From positions 10,478,001 through 10,542,000 of the forward strand of contig JBHGNT010000021.1 in the NCBI GenBank assembly GCA_043228905.1: a stretch of 64,000 bases of DNA, in the 5' to 3' direction. Source of the stretch: Azolla caroliniana (Eukaryota > Plantae > Polypodiophyta). Shown piece by piece: positions 26,096 to 38,123 of the stretch (positions are counted from its first letter, which is position 1; the number at the start of each line of letters is the position of its first letter). The notes under the pieces are model-generated. The model saw only the letters and a list, made by a program, of their open reading frames with translations, was not told where the DNA came from and made no database searches. Both the position numbers and the translations under genes were made by a program.

Positions 26096-28149
26096 ATGCC
26101 TCTCGCAGCATCGCAGGAAACCTGTTCTTGGCTACAACAACGAGGATTGGGCGGCTACTTACAGGTGATCGACGCTCCAGTGCACCCTGACACCCAAGCA
26201 ATAACACGTAGAATCCACCCTGACACAGTAACCAACAACATGATTCGCACTGCTCTAGACCTTGCGCGAGGTGGAGACCATGAGGTCAAGATTCCTCCTC
26301 ACGCGACCCTAAAGGAGTATTTTGGGATGTATTTGATGTCGGGAAAAGCTTACCTCACTTGTGGAGGACCAAACAAGGCTTTTGGGGAGATCGCCCGAAA
26401 TTTAATGGAATATGCCTTTGTGCATACAAATCCCACGAGTATGCCACAGAATAAATCTGCCATCATCATCAGAGTGTACGAAGGCGACAAAATCGATTGG
26501 GGAATCATCATCGACGAATGAGTCCGTGCCACGCTAGAATCTTTTCAAACAGGTAAGCTCTTTTTACCTGTGATGAATCATTACCTCACAGTCCTCTACC
26601 CACCTCCTTTGTTTTCCCCTCTTCGCATCCTTACCTCTCCACCACCACCACGGAAACAACGGGAGAAGATTTTGGCATTAACCCAGGAAGAATGGGAAGA
26701 CCCTTGCCTTATTCACCTTCCTCGGCCGTTTGGAATCCTACTCCCACCTCGGCACCACTCCCACCAAAAACACAGAAGCAACGGGCGTTACTAGGGACTC
26801 GTGCCGAATGGGATGAGGGCGAGGAGCCCGTCACTGAGGATCTCACCATATGACAAAAGACACCAAGGACATCGATGCCCTCCTCACAACCGAGCCCATG
26901 CCCCACAAACCAGCAGCCCTAGGGCATACAGCAACAAAAGAGGAAGGAAGCCGAGGAGCCAACACCATAGGCCCCAGACTCACAGGATCAGACGAAAATG
27001 AGACAACGCATCAATCGTGAGTCGACCACAGAAACGGAGGGGACCTAGCATCAGAAATCATAGGAGGCCAACCCGACCTCCACGACCATGGTACCAGTAG
27101 AGTCATGGCTCCAAGTAGGTAGGATCGAGCATGGACAAACCACGCAGATATCAGAGGAGGAAGTCCTCGGTTACAAAGACCTCCCCGTGGAGGCATACGA
27201 GTTTAGTGCACTACTTCGACTGGGCACAACATATGAGTTAATGGATTTCCTCGCGCATGCCCAAGTAGCTGCCGCCGCTTGTATGGCCGAGAAGCATGCG
27301 GAAACAAAGATGATCCAACACGCTCTAATGGGAGAAATCAAACCTCACGAGGATCGAGCCTTACAGAAGATAGGGCGGAAGAAGCAAGCATAGAATGCTT
27401 CTCTCCTCATGGAGCTACTAGATGTAAACATGGCCTTAGTCGAGGCATGTCGAAATCTGCCCCACACAACTCGGGCAGCGAAGGACATGGCCTGATGTAT
27501 TAAAATGACACAACAACAAGCCAAACAGGCCACCGAGCTATGGCAAGCCACCGAGCAGAAACTGGCGTCATTGGAGCAACAACATCAAGAACAACCGCCC
27601 TTAAGCCTCCTTGCCCCAGGTAATGATGTCCCACCAGCCCCTCTTCCGAACTCGAGCCTGAGTGCTACTGTTACCGAAGCACACAACGACGACACAACTC
27701 ACCCCAGGGTAGCCACGGTCGATGCAAGCACAATGACGAATTTGGTAAAGACAAGCGAGACATCGTCATTGGTAGATAAAAGCCCGTACCCCCAAACTAG
27801 CCACGCTTCCACACAAATGCCACCACCACCTGTCGTCATGGAAAGATATACACAGACGGACAGGGAACCCACTCCCCGGAATCAACAAGCGGCAACCCAG
27901 ACAGGGCCTCCCCTACGTGACTACCAAGAGGAGCTTAAGGCCTAGATCGCTCTGGCCGAGTTAGCAGAGCAAAACCATAACAACATTATTGGCCAACTAC
28001 GGGAACAAGCGGCGGGCCGTGAAGCTGACCTCAAGCGACTGCTTGCTGAAAGCTCAACCGCACTCAAAGGACAAGAACGAGAGGTGATGAACCTTTAGGT
28101 CTCTATCACCGAGGCCAAAAAACTATTCATCAAAGAAGCAGAGAGGAAT
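26096..28149 (+). pseudogene. Extra ORF downstream of pol in element F, degenerate
   Basis: Fragments 25793-26521, 26570-26794, 27088-27393 and 27505-27945: globular N-part (WLQQRGLGGYL..KIDWGIII), Pro-rich linker, then coiled coil. Confidence 0.65.
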
Positions 28150-29711
28150 GCTCTATGTTTCATCATGAACATTCCGCCATGGTTGTAGTTGTATGCGTAC
28201 ATTCTACCACGATCCTCATAGTCGGAGTTGTGCCCGTACATTCCGCTATACTCTTCGTAGTTGGAATTGTGCGCGTAATTCGTGAGTTGTGGGCTTGTGG
28301 AAGCCAATTCACGCATATTCTTTTGGCACTCTTCTTCGTGGTGGCCGAGTTTTCCGCAATATCCGCATTCGGTTGGGTTTTGACGGCTCGGGCTGGAGTG
28401 GGAGCTCCCCCTTCTTGCGAAGGTTCCTCGTTGGCTTCCGTTTTGCGGCTGAAATTGGGAGTTGTTATTGTAGGTCGGACCTCATCCGCCTTGTCCTTGG
28501 CCGAATCGGCCTCTCGACCGTCCACGTCCTCTTCCTCCGTTCGAGTGCGTGTAGAGCATGTGCCCTTCCGACTCATTGATCCTTGTATGCACGTGGTTTT
28601 CTTCGACCAATAACATTGATTGGAGCTCGAAGAAGGAGTGTGATTTCTCCCGTGCTAGAACGGCGGTTCGCATCACGCTGAACCATGATGGGAGGCCGCC
28701 GAGGCATATTTGAACCATCTCATCATCATCGATATTTACGCTTATGGAGACGAGTGAATCACAAAGCTCCTTGATCTTCGAGGTGTATGTCGTGATGGAC
28801 ATGTCCCTTTGTTGAATGTTGTTCAACTCTTGGCGGAGTTGAAGCCTTCTTGCGGTTGTGTTCGCCGCGAAAATCTTTCATAGATTTTCCCATGCCTCCT
28901 TCGGCGTCTTGGCTTTGCGAATGTAGCCGAGCATGTGATCGTGAACACATGTCGCCAAGAAATACATCACGCCGCTTGCGGCTTGCTCCCATGTCGCGTA
29001 TCCAGGAGCCGCTTCGGCGGGTCAGTCTTTATGCGCTCCTTTGATGTAGCTCCAATAGCCTTGTCCGACAAAGTATTGGTGCATCTTGTACTCCCAAGAT
29101 GCGAAGTTGTTTCGATCCAACTTCTCGGTAGGGAGAGCGCTCCCCATTTGAGTATTCATTATGTCGATTCTTCTTCTTCTTCTTCTCTCTTCGAATGTGA
29201 GCTATGTAGCGAAGCTATGATAGCGATGAGCCGATTCTTGGTTGTTGGTGTAGAGCACAACACACGATAACGATGAGGTGAATGGGCTAGATTGAGCTGC
29301 CAAATCGCTTTGACACCATGTAAAGAATCAAGAGATGGATTCTTGTGAAGCGGAAAAGATATGAGTTATGTGTGTGTATGAGAGAGAGAGTGAGAGTGAG
29401 AGAGACAAGGAATAAGACACAGAGAATATGCAAGGTAAGAGTATATTAACAAAGGAGAAAGACTTAACAAAATACAATGTGGGAGGAGGGTGCTTTATAT
29501 AGTCACCCTCTCTCTTCATTAACTACAAGACTCATGGAGCATGGGGAATGTGAAAGCTCATAAGTTATGTGTCATAGAATATGATTCTATGACTCATACT
29601 AAATGCTAGAATACAAAGAGGTGACATAATGGTGACTCTTGACCGTTGGAGTGTCTATTCACTCTCAAGGTGAGTTCACACACTAGACCAAGTTGAGCTT
29701 GATTCTCAACA
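28150..29711 (-). mobile_element. Truncated copia G: 5' LTR 29711-29319, PBS, gag
   Basis: LTR TGTTGAGAATC...TTTACA homologous to 35050-35489; PBS TGGTGTCAAAGC 29318-29307; gag YTSKIKELCDSL; inserted about 50 bp into the 3' LTR of F. Confidence 0.87.
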
Positions 29712-30329
29712 GGTAGAAAAGTAGGTGAGGAAATAGGTAGAACTAGAATAAGTCGAGTTTTTAGTCCTCACAATCAGCCGATGGCTTGCTCTGTCTAAAG
29801 AAGAGAACTATATAAACCGAGATCTACATACCTCGAAGGGGGAGATCTAGATTATTTAGCAAGATTAATATCGTAGCACTGAGCTCTGCACAAACTGTTG
29901 CAGGCCGAGAGCCGTGTACTGTAATCACTGTGAGCTTTATCATTTAATATAAGTCTCGCTCTTACTGTTCTTTCATTTGTGTATTCTCTTGAGATCTGCA
30001 TACCTCGAAGGGGGAGATCTAGATTATTTAGCAAGATTAATATCGTAGCCCTGAGCTCTACACAAACTGTTGCCGGCCAAGAGCCGTGTATTGTAATCAC
30101 TGTGAGCTTTATCATTTAATATAAGTGTCACTCTTACTGTTCTTTCATCTTTGTATTCTCCCCATACTCGTAAACCGAGCTACATCTCTGTCTAACGAGT
30201 TGTAGCCCATGTACGCTCCTCGTTCCCATAACGTCTTCTCAGTGCAGAAGAGGCTTCCACGTAACACGACCCCTTGATACCGATAGCCTGTGGGCTCATT
30301 GAAGGTTTTTCCCCCAGAAACGGTTAATA
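29712..30329 (+). repeat. 3' LTR of F, 5'-truncated, with a 172-bp internal tandem duplication
   Basis: GAGATCT.CATACCTCGAAGGGGG starts at both 29819 and 29991; single copy in the 5' LTR. Confidence 0.9.
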
Positions 30330-30664
30330 GAGATGAATCCATCAAGGGCGAGAAGACCGAAGATGAGTTGGAGATATCCAACTCGGACGAAAGCGAAAAC
30401 CGATCGGAGGAAGCCGAGTTGGTTCAGATGTTTGATTCGGATATGCCGAATCAATTGAGGACCAAGCAGAAGAGAAGGCAACAGAAGAAGTGCCAACACC
30501 GCGACAGTAAGGGAGCTGAGAAGGGCTGCACGAGCACGCAAGCCGACTAGAAGGGTCGAGATGCGCGGAATCAAACAGGTCGAGGAGCGCGAGCAAGGCG
30601 TGAAGCTAGAAGGAATCGGAGCATAGATCCAGAAGAGCGGACAGAACCTCAAGTTGAGGGGGAG

Positions 30665-31061
30665 TGTTGAGTGACAAGCTCAACATTGGGTGCGTAACAC
30701 TGTGCATGACCCAGTGCATAGACTGGGCGCATAAAATAGTACGCATAACGTAAGCCGTAACTGTGCGTAAACCGCGAGGCTGTTGGAAAGATATTCCGCG
30801 TAGGAATATATTTTCGGAGTTAGTGTAGAGCTCACTTATGAGCATTGAAGTATGTGTCAGTACTTCTGTCAGTCCGTATGGACTTGTATAAAAGTGCTCA
30901 CTGAGCACATCCTATGTACAGATTGAGTATTATTTTTGAATTGAGTTTGTGTGCACTCTCTCTATTTGTCTCTCCCGAGTACTGTGTATATTCAAGCTCT
31001 CCATTAAACCTACGTTTCTGTGTTCGGTTTTCTATTGCTTCCGCATGCTATTCTTTTTACA
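30665..31061 (+). repeat. 3' LTR of copia A
   Basis: Preceded by PPT; TG...CA; 397 bp. Confidence 0.93.
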
Positions 31062-32290
31062 AGGCCCATGTGGCGTTCCTTCATCAACTATAGTCGCCTC
31101 TCCAGCCATATTATACCGGGATCCTTTTGGGGGGAACTAACAAACGGCGATAAATATCGCCTGATCCTTGCTAGTGAGGACTTTCACCCACATAAAGCGG
31201 GCTTCTGGATCTTTCTTTTGTATTTCTATCCTATTATGTATCTCTCTCCGAAATAGTATCGCAACCCCTCCAAACCCTCTAGTAGTATGTCAACGTGAGG
31301 TTTGTCTAAAGACCGATTCCCAATGAAAAACGTCAACTCGTGGCAATCCTCGATTTGGACTCTGATGCGTTTCTTCTAAAAAGAAGTTTGTTAGATACCT
31401 TCAAAATCTCCTCTAGACGGCTAGGGTGTGTCCAAAGTGCACCGTTACAGTTCCATAAAGTCATCCTAAGTTTATTGTTTGTCACATGGGCCACACGCCG
31501 TCAATTGGCGGTGCGATCATTTATTATCACACGTCTGTCTCGGTAAAAAGCATGATGCCCCTCTTTGCGAGCTTGTATGACTCACGGCATACAAGTTTTA
31601 CGATGCTCAATTTGCATCTTGGTTAGGTCTTCATTGAGGTAGATAGGGTCCTCGCCCAATCCTCGAAGAGTTGGTCTCTTTTAAAAAAATGTGATTCTAG
31701 ATTCTGAGTCTGTAAACTGAAGGACCAAAGCTCTTTTCCTAGTGGTATCACGTCCTACCCTCCAAGTTTTAGCGATTGGTAGGGCTTCATACCCCAACAC
31801 TTTCCCTAATGTTTGTGCATCTTCGTCGGGAGATGCCCCTTCCTTAAGCCTAGTAACTCGTACATTTAGGCGTTGAACTTGACGCATTTTTTCCTCCTCA
31901 AGGGTAGTGTGTACACTATTTTCATCCTTTAGTTCCTTTTTAATATTACGTTTTACTACATCAACCCAACTAGTTTTTGCTAATTCCATATCACTTTTAA
32001 CCTCTTCCTTAAACTTTTTGATCTCATCCTTAATATCTTCTAGGGAAGATATTTCACCATCTTCCCTAGATGTCTCAAGGTCCTTAACTTGTTTTTGAAG
32101 GTTCGTGTTGTCTACTTTAAGTTTCGTTATTTCAGCAATAAGCACTTCTTTTTCTTCCATATCTTTTTGTTTTTCAGCATCAATCTCTTTCGCCCATTTT
32201 TCTATTTTAACTAAACGGTTAAGGAAGTCTAAACATTCTTCCTTATAATTTCTTCATGTGTTTCCTTATGGTTTCGTCTAGAAGTCATGT
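31062..32290 (-). mobile_element. 5' part of the same LINE: ORF1 plus N-terminal half of the APE endonuclease
   Basis: ORF 31681-32160 has a coiled coil, RLNVRVT.LKE and WRVGR, with PIYLNEDLT just downstream. Minus strand 31062-31465 reads LWNCNG, LEETH, GFGGVAIL, FMWVKV, IAVC*FPP and joins DEGTPHG|PSPYEP across the copia insertion. Confidence 0.88.
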
Positions 32291-32549
32291 TGTAATTCAA
32301 AAGATAAAAGAAAGAAAAGACAAAAATGACAAAAAACTTAGCCAAGCATCGGTGCCTTGTGCGCTAGGTACAAGTGTACAAGCATATTTATACTCTCTCG
32401 TTTATCAACCGACAACGACGCCCCTTCGAACACAACTTTGGATGCCGAAAATTATTTTGGTTTGGTCTTTGAAATACTTCAATTTGGTTGAATCAGCATT
32501 GACTTTGCTTTTCAATTTCAATTGTTCAATTTCGGTTTTCGACGTAGCC

Positions 32550-34533
32550 CCTATTTTTCGGTACTCTTCCTCAAGCTCGGCAATGCAAATATCGTGAGAC
32601 CGGAGTCCTATGTAAATTGCCCGAGCTTGTCGACTCCTAAGGCCTTAGTGAAGATGTTTAATGACTTGAAGATTTGTGCTGATGTGTTGTAGATCGACAT
32701 CTCCAACTTGAATGCGCTCTCGGCTGAAGTGATAGTGCACTTCGATATGCTTAGTCCGCTTGTGGAACACTGGGTTCCGAGCCAGGTAGATGTTGCTCAT
32801 GTTTTCGCAGTATAGGAGAATCAAATCCTTGATGGGAATACCCAGATCCTTCAATATGCACTTCAACTAGACAACCTCGCATGTGGCGACTACGGTGCCC
32901 CTGTATTCAGACTCCATGCTCGACAATGAGGTTTTCGACTGCTTTTTACTACTCCAGGAGATAACTCCATTGCCGAGGGAGAAAGAGAATCTAGAAATGG
33001 ATCGTTTATCGACGTTATAGTCGTCCTAGTCCACGTCTGTTTACCCTTCGAGTCGAAGGATTGTGTCCGACTTATACATGACGCTGTAATCCTTCGTACC
33101 ATATTTCATGGGTTCTGCATGAATTGGCTTAGGAGGCCGACTGAGTAGCTAAGATCGGGCCGAGTGATCGTGAGATAGATTAAGCTGCCGATTAGTTGTC
33201 GATACTGAGTTCGCTTGCACGCTTTTGTCCCCGAATCGACATCGAGCTTGAGATTTCAATCAAGTGGGGTAGACACAGGTGTGCACTTAGTTATTCCGAA
33301 CTTGTAGAGTAAGTTAAGAATGTAGTGTTGTTGAGAGATCAATATCTTGACTGGTGTCCAAATTACTTCGCTACCGAGGAAGTAATGGAGCTCCTTCACG
33401 TCTTTCATTTCGAATTTGCCGGATAGGAGCGTTTTGACCTTGTTAATGTCGGCGAGATCCTTTCCTCCAATGACTAGATCATCCACATACAGGATGATGA
33501 CAATTGGGTTGTCCGACTTGTTTTAGATCTATAGGGAGTTGTCCGATTTAGACATTCGAAACCCGATTTGGTGAAGATACTAGGTGATCTTAGAATGCCA
33601 AGCACACGGTGCTTGCTTGAGGCCGTATAAAGGCTTCTTGAGTCGACAAACTACTTTTCCGTGGTTACGCGATTCGAAACCTGGGGGTTGAATCATGAAG
33701 CCCTCCTCTGCTGATTCACCTTGGAGGTGCCACCCTTTTGCAGTCGCGAGAGCAATGACTATCCAAATAGTTGTCATCTTTGCCACTGGGGCAAAGGTCT
33801 CTTCATAATTGACTCCGTGCATTTGAGCATATGCCTTAGCTATGAGTCGTGCCTTGTGGCGATTTACCGAGCCTTCGACGTTTTATTTTACCTTATATAT
33901 ACATCTACAACCGATCACTTTCTTGTGTGTAGAATGGGGGACAAGATCCCATGTCTCATTCTAGCTTAATGCCTGCATCTCCTCATTCATTGCTTCGATC
34001 CATCGTGGATCCTTGGCTGCCTCGGAAAGGTTTCCGGTTCTCAAACAGTCGCTACCTTCATCATAAAGGCATAATGGTATGCTAGACACTCATTGTAGCT
34101 GAATCGGTTGACTGGGTTTTTCTCTCGGGTGGAGCGATGGAGCTTCTCGTTTGCAGAGGCTAAGGCTTTCTTTGCTCTATTCGTCTGGATGATTGGGATG
34201 TCCAGGCCTTCGAACCCACTGTTAAGGGAGTGAGTTGACTTGTTGTCGATTAGATCTTCGTATTCTGACAACTTGGCCTTCCCTTTGTCGAGTTTCAGAC
34301 TTAGCCGAGATGTTCTTTGGTCACTCGGGGGCTCCTGTGGTCCACTAAGCCTTGTCGTAATCAGACTTTCTTTGAACATGTGTTTGAGTCGAAATTCATC
34401 TTCTATCTCTTGTTCGGCTGATTCTGGGTCAACTAGAGTCGAAATCAGAGTTGTCTCTGGGTCGTACTAGGATGTCGACTCATCGAAAATGACGTCTCGA
34501 ATTACTCGAACCTTTAGAGTAGAAAGATTGTTA
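32550..34533 (-). mobile_element. Copia fragment J (INT C-terminus, RT, RH)
   Basis: [54 protein letters not shown]. Confidence 0.88.
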
Positions 34534-35489
34534 CGAGGAAGCAGCCTATCATCGCACTTTTGAGTATGGAGGATGAATACAGGGGCGCAACCGTAACTGC
34601 ATGTGAAGTTGTATGGCTGAAGAGGATTTTGAAGGATCTGGGCGTCCCCAGCAAGGATCTGACTCCCATTTATTGCGACAATATGAGCAGTATATATCTG
34701 GCTCGGAACCCGGTGTTCCACGCACGTACAAAGCACATCGAAGTGCACTATCACTTCATTCGAGAGCGCGTACAGGTTGGAGATGTCGACCTTCAACACA
34801 TCAACACGAATCTTCAGACAACTGACTTCTTCACCAAAGCCTTAGGAGCCGACAAGCTTCAACAATTCATGTCAGACCTTGGATTGACGATCCCTGACTT
34901 GCCAAGCTTGAGGGGGAGTGCAAGCGAGAGCTGGATACCGTCTGAACCGGGTACGAGCTGAAGCGGACACCGGAGATCGTCTGAACCGGATACCAACCGA
35001 AGCGGACATCAATCGAAAGGAACCAACCCGAGTTGAGCTTGAGGGGGCGTGTTGAGAATCAAGCTCAACATAGCACAACGTGTGAACACACCTTTTGAGA
35101 ATCTATGATTACTCAAAGGTCAAGAGTCATACCACTACTCTCTACACATTAACTATGTGTCATAGAATCATATTCTATGACACATATTCCCCATGACTAT
35201 GAGTCTTCACATTCCCCAAGAGAGAGAGTGGTTGTTGTAAGTTAATGAAGAGAGAGGGTGACTCTATATAAAGCACCCTGCTCATACTTCATACTAAGTC
35301 GGTTGTGACTCCTTGTAATGCTACATTTTCATTTATCAAATTCTCCTTGTTAATATATATCTCCTTCTTCTTGAGTACTTCATTTTGTCTCTTATCCATC
35401 TTGTGTTTCTCTCCTCTCCTCTTTCCTCTCACACATACACATAACACACATCTCTTTCGCTACACAAGAATCACCATTGATTCTTTACA
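34534..35489 (+). mobile_element. Copia fragment K (RNase H C-terminus, PPT, 3' LTR 35050-35489)
   Basis: RKQPIIAL..EYRGA..YCDNMSSI..KHIEVHYHF; PPT TTGAGGGGGCG; LTR TG...CA. Confidence 0.88.
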
Positions 35490-36670
35490 TCCTCTTCCTT
35501 GATTGTTGTTGGTTCTAGTTGAACCAAATCTTCCATGGCCTCTTCCAGCACTATTGTAGAGGGCTTGCTCCTCAGTCTCAGAGTTTCCTTTGTTTACATC
35601 ATCCATCTAACTTCTTTCTTCCACTACAACCATTGAAACTAGATCTGGAAAATTTGGGATGTTATCCCTTGTGAGAATAGATGTTTTGAAGATTTTATAT
35701 TGAGGTCCTAAGCCTCTTAAGCATATTTCCATCTTATCATCATCTTCTACCTTCACATTACTAGAAGCAAAGGATTCACATATGCTCTTTATTTTCCGAG
35801 CATACTCATTCACTGACATCTTAGCTTTTGCCAAGGTATTTAGCTCAGTCTTCAACTATAGCGTTCTTGCCTTTGTGTTCACTGTAAACAGTTTTACCAA
35901 ATTGTCCCAAGATTCTTTTGGAAGCATAGCATTGAATCTGAGATGCTAAGTGACAGCTAATGCAATACTTTCCTTGCCCCTTGATTCCATTCCTTAAATG
36001 TTTTAATCTGTGCAATAGTTGCATTTTCTTCAGGGATCTTTGGAGCCTCTTCTAGGTCTCCTTCAATGTAATCCCAATATCCTTTTACCATCAGGAAATT
36101 TGTCATTCTGAATTTCCACGCCGGGAAATTGTTATTATCTAGCTTTTCTGTGACTATTTGGCTTCCATTCTCAACAACCATTCTCTCTTTCAATTAGGGC
36201 TTTTGCTACAATTAACTTCACAAACAACTCTCTGATTCAGATCAGCAACCAGAACCAACTTCTCAGATATGTACTGTTCTAATCTTCTTTACGAGCAACT
36301 CTACTATGATACCATGTTATGAAGGCGCTACAAGTCTTCTTTGTGCACATCGTATCGTGATTTGTTGGATTGTTTGGTGCTCAAGATAAAAAAGGAAGGT
36401 GAAGGAGACTTACCTTTGTGTTGCAAACCCAAAAGCGTCTATTACATTACACACAGAGCTCAACCCACTCTCGTATGTTTTTTGTTCTCTTCTCTCTCAC
36501 TCTATTTTTTACTCACACTACAATCTACCACTCTCTTACTTTTTACCTAAGTTATAAGTGACTTACATATGCAGCTAATTAGTTGTGAGTAGCTAAATAG
36601 TTGTTTCACCTTTATGTCCACTAGTAGCTAATTCCCTAATAGCTACTATAGAAGATCTTACTTCTCAATA
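35490..36670 (-). mobile_element. Copia fragment L (5' LTR ~36670-36315, PBS, gag)
   Basis: PBS TGGTATCATAG ending at 36314; gag KLDNNNFPAWKFRM..GYWDYIEG and EYARKIKSIC. Confidence 0.8.
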
Positions 36671-37000
36671 AGCATCACATACCTTTCATTGAGCTTGTTT
36701 CTCAATAGGGCTGATATGGACCATAGAAGTATCTACATGCACAGAGGTAATGCCAGGACCAATGACACAGTCGACTATACAAGAGCAAAAATAGTGTGAA
36801 GCCAGGCCCAATGATGGCACAAGAGCAAAACAAGGTGAAGCCAGACCTAAAGACACAGTCGACCAGGGGCTTGGAGAGGAAAAAGACACCAATTGTGTCG
36901 ACAGAACTTGACTTGATTGAAATTGATCGCGTGTTACCAATACTTTGTGCAACAGAGGCTCGGTTGCAGGAATGGAAACCTAAACCAATCGAAGACGTGT

Positions 37001-38123
37001 TGTCATGAAAATACGACGAGGATACGTGAACTTGAGGTAGGACCCCGGGGCCTCCGACCAGAGGATATCAGATTCGTATGTTTATATTAAACAATTAATG
37101 GAAATAAGAAAGATTGACAATTTTCATTAACAAAGGAAAAGAAAGATTACAATCAATCCCAAGATTAGGATTACAAAAAGTTTAGCTAATGGAGATTGCT
37201 AGAGTAATAGATTAGAAGAAACTAAATATGGATTCCATAGAAATTTAGGGTTTTTGGCTTTGATAAGAGATTTGAGATTTTGAGAGATATGGCTTCCGTA
37301 GGGAAAATTAGGATCTATGAGAGATATGTCCCAATAAGATAAGAGAGCTAAGGAAAATAAAATAAAATTTTGAGAGAGAATGGAATTATCTACCGTTCTC
37401 CGTTGATCCTCCTCCCCATGTTACTTTGCCTCCCCACGTTTAGTTGCATGTCTTTTTCTTTTAGTTGCATCTATTTTTAGTTGCATGGCTTTTTCTTTTA
37501 GTTGCATACGACTGTCCACATGCGACTGTCCATGTCCAGCCTCTTCCGGTCGCCGATTGTTGGATCCGCCCGGTTTCCGACACCATCCGATTGCCGATTT
37601 CACCGACTCCCGACCGGTTCCAGATTGCTTACCAGCCGGTTTCGGTTTGCTTACCGGTCGGTTCCGAATTGCTTACCGGCCGGTTCCGGATTGCTTACCG
37701 GCTAGTTCCGGTTTGCTTTCCGACCAGTTCCGGTTTGCTTTCTAGCCAGTTCCGGATTGCTTACCAACCGGTTCCGGTTTGCTTTCCGTGCCAATTCTAG
37801 TTTTTGGGAACTTGGCCACATTTATCCATCTAGACAAAGTGGCCAAAGTGCTCTTAGCACAAATGAAAAGTGAGGGATCTCAATGTGCTTATATAGCCAA
37901 GGCCTTAAGTTTCCTATCTATGTGGGATACTTCAAAATTTTATTTTCCCTATCTTCTCAAGCTTCATGTCCACCTAACTTGATATGTAGTTGTCTATTTT
38001 GTATGTAGTAAAATGCATTTTGAAACTCTTGAGTACATCCATATTTCTATAACAAGCTACTAATCTAATCTAAAATAATTATTTCATTATTTTTTTACAT
38101 AATGTGTGAAGATTCATACGACA
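37001..38123 (-). repeat. 3' LTR of G2
   Basis: 1123 bp, TG...CA, adjacent PPT GGTGGGGGCGAA. Confidence 0.9.

Larger units (their letters stand above)
19207..30329 (+). mobile_element. Ty3/gypsy element F (non-chromovirus, tRNA-Arg-type PBS, extra 3' ORF)
   Basis: 5' LTR 19207-19701, PBS TGGCACGCCCAG 19707-19718, 3' LTR remnant 29712-30329, TSD GAGAC/GAGAT; copia A is continuous across it by comparison with 61270-61295. Confidence 0.9.
3396..31061 (+). mobile_element. Ty1/copia LTR retrotransposon 'A', host of nested insertions
   Basis: Paired LTRs TGTTGAG...TTTACA, PBS-Met, PPT TTGAGGGGGAG before 30665, gag-PR-INT-RT-RH order, TSD AGGCA/AGGCC (4/5). Confidence 0.93.

Noticed and set aside
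32550-36670. J and L as halves of one copia element
   Set aside because: Same strand, but the integrase of J is better continued at 59303; L is the target of the K LTR.
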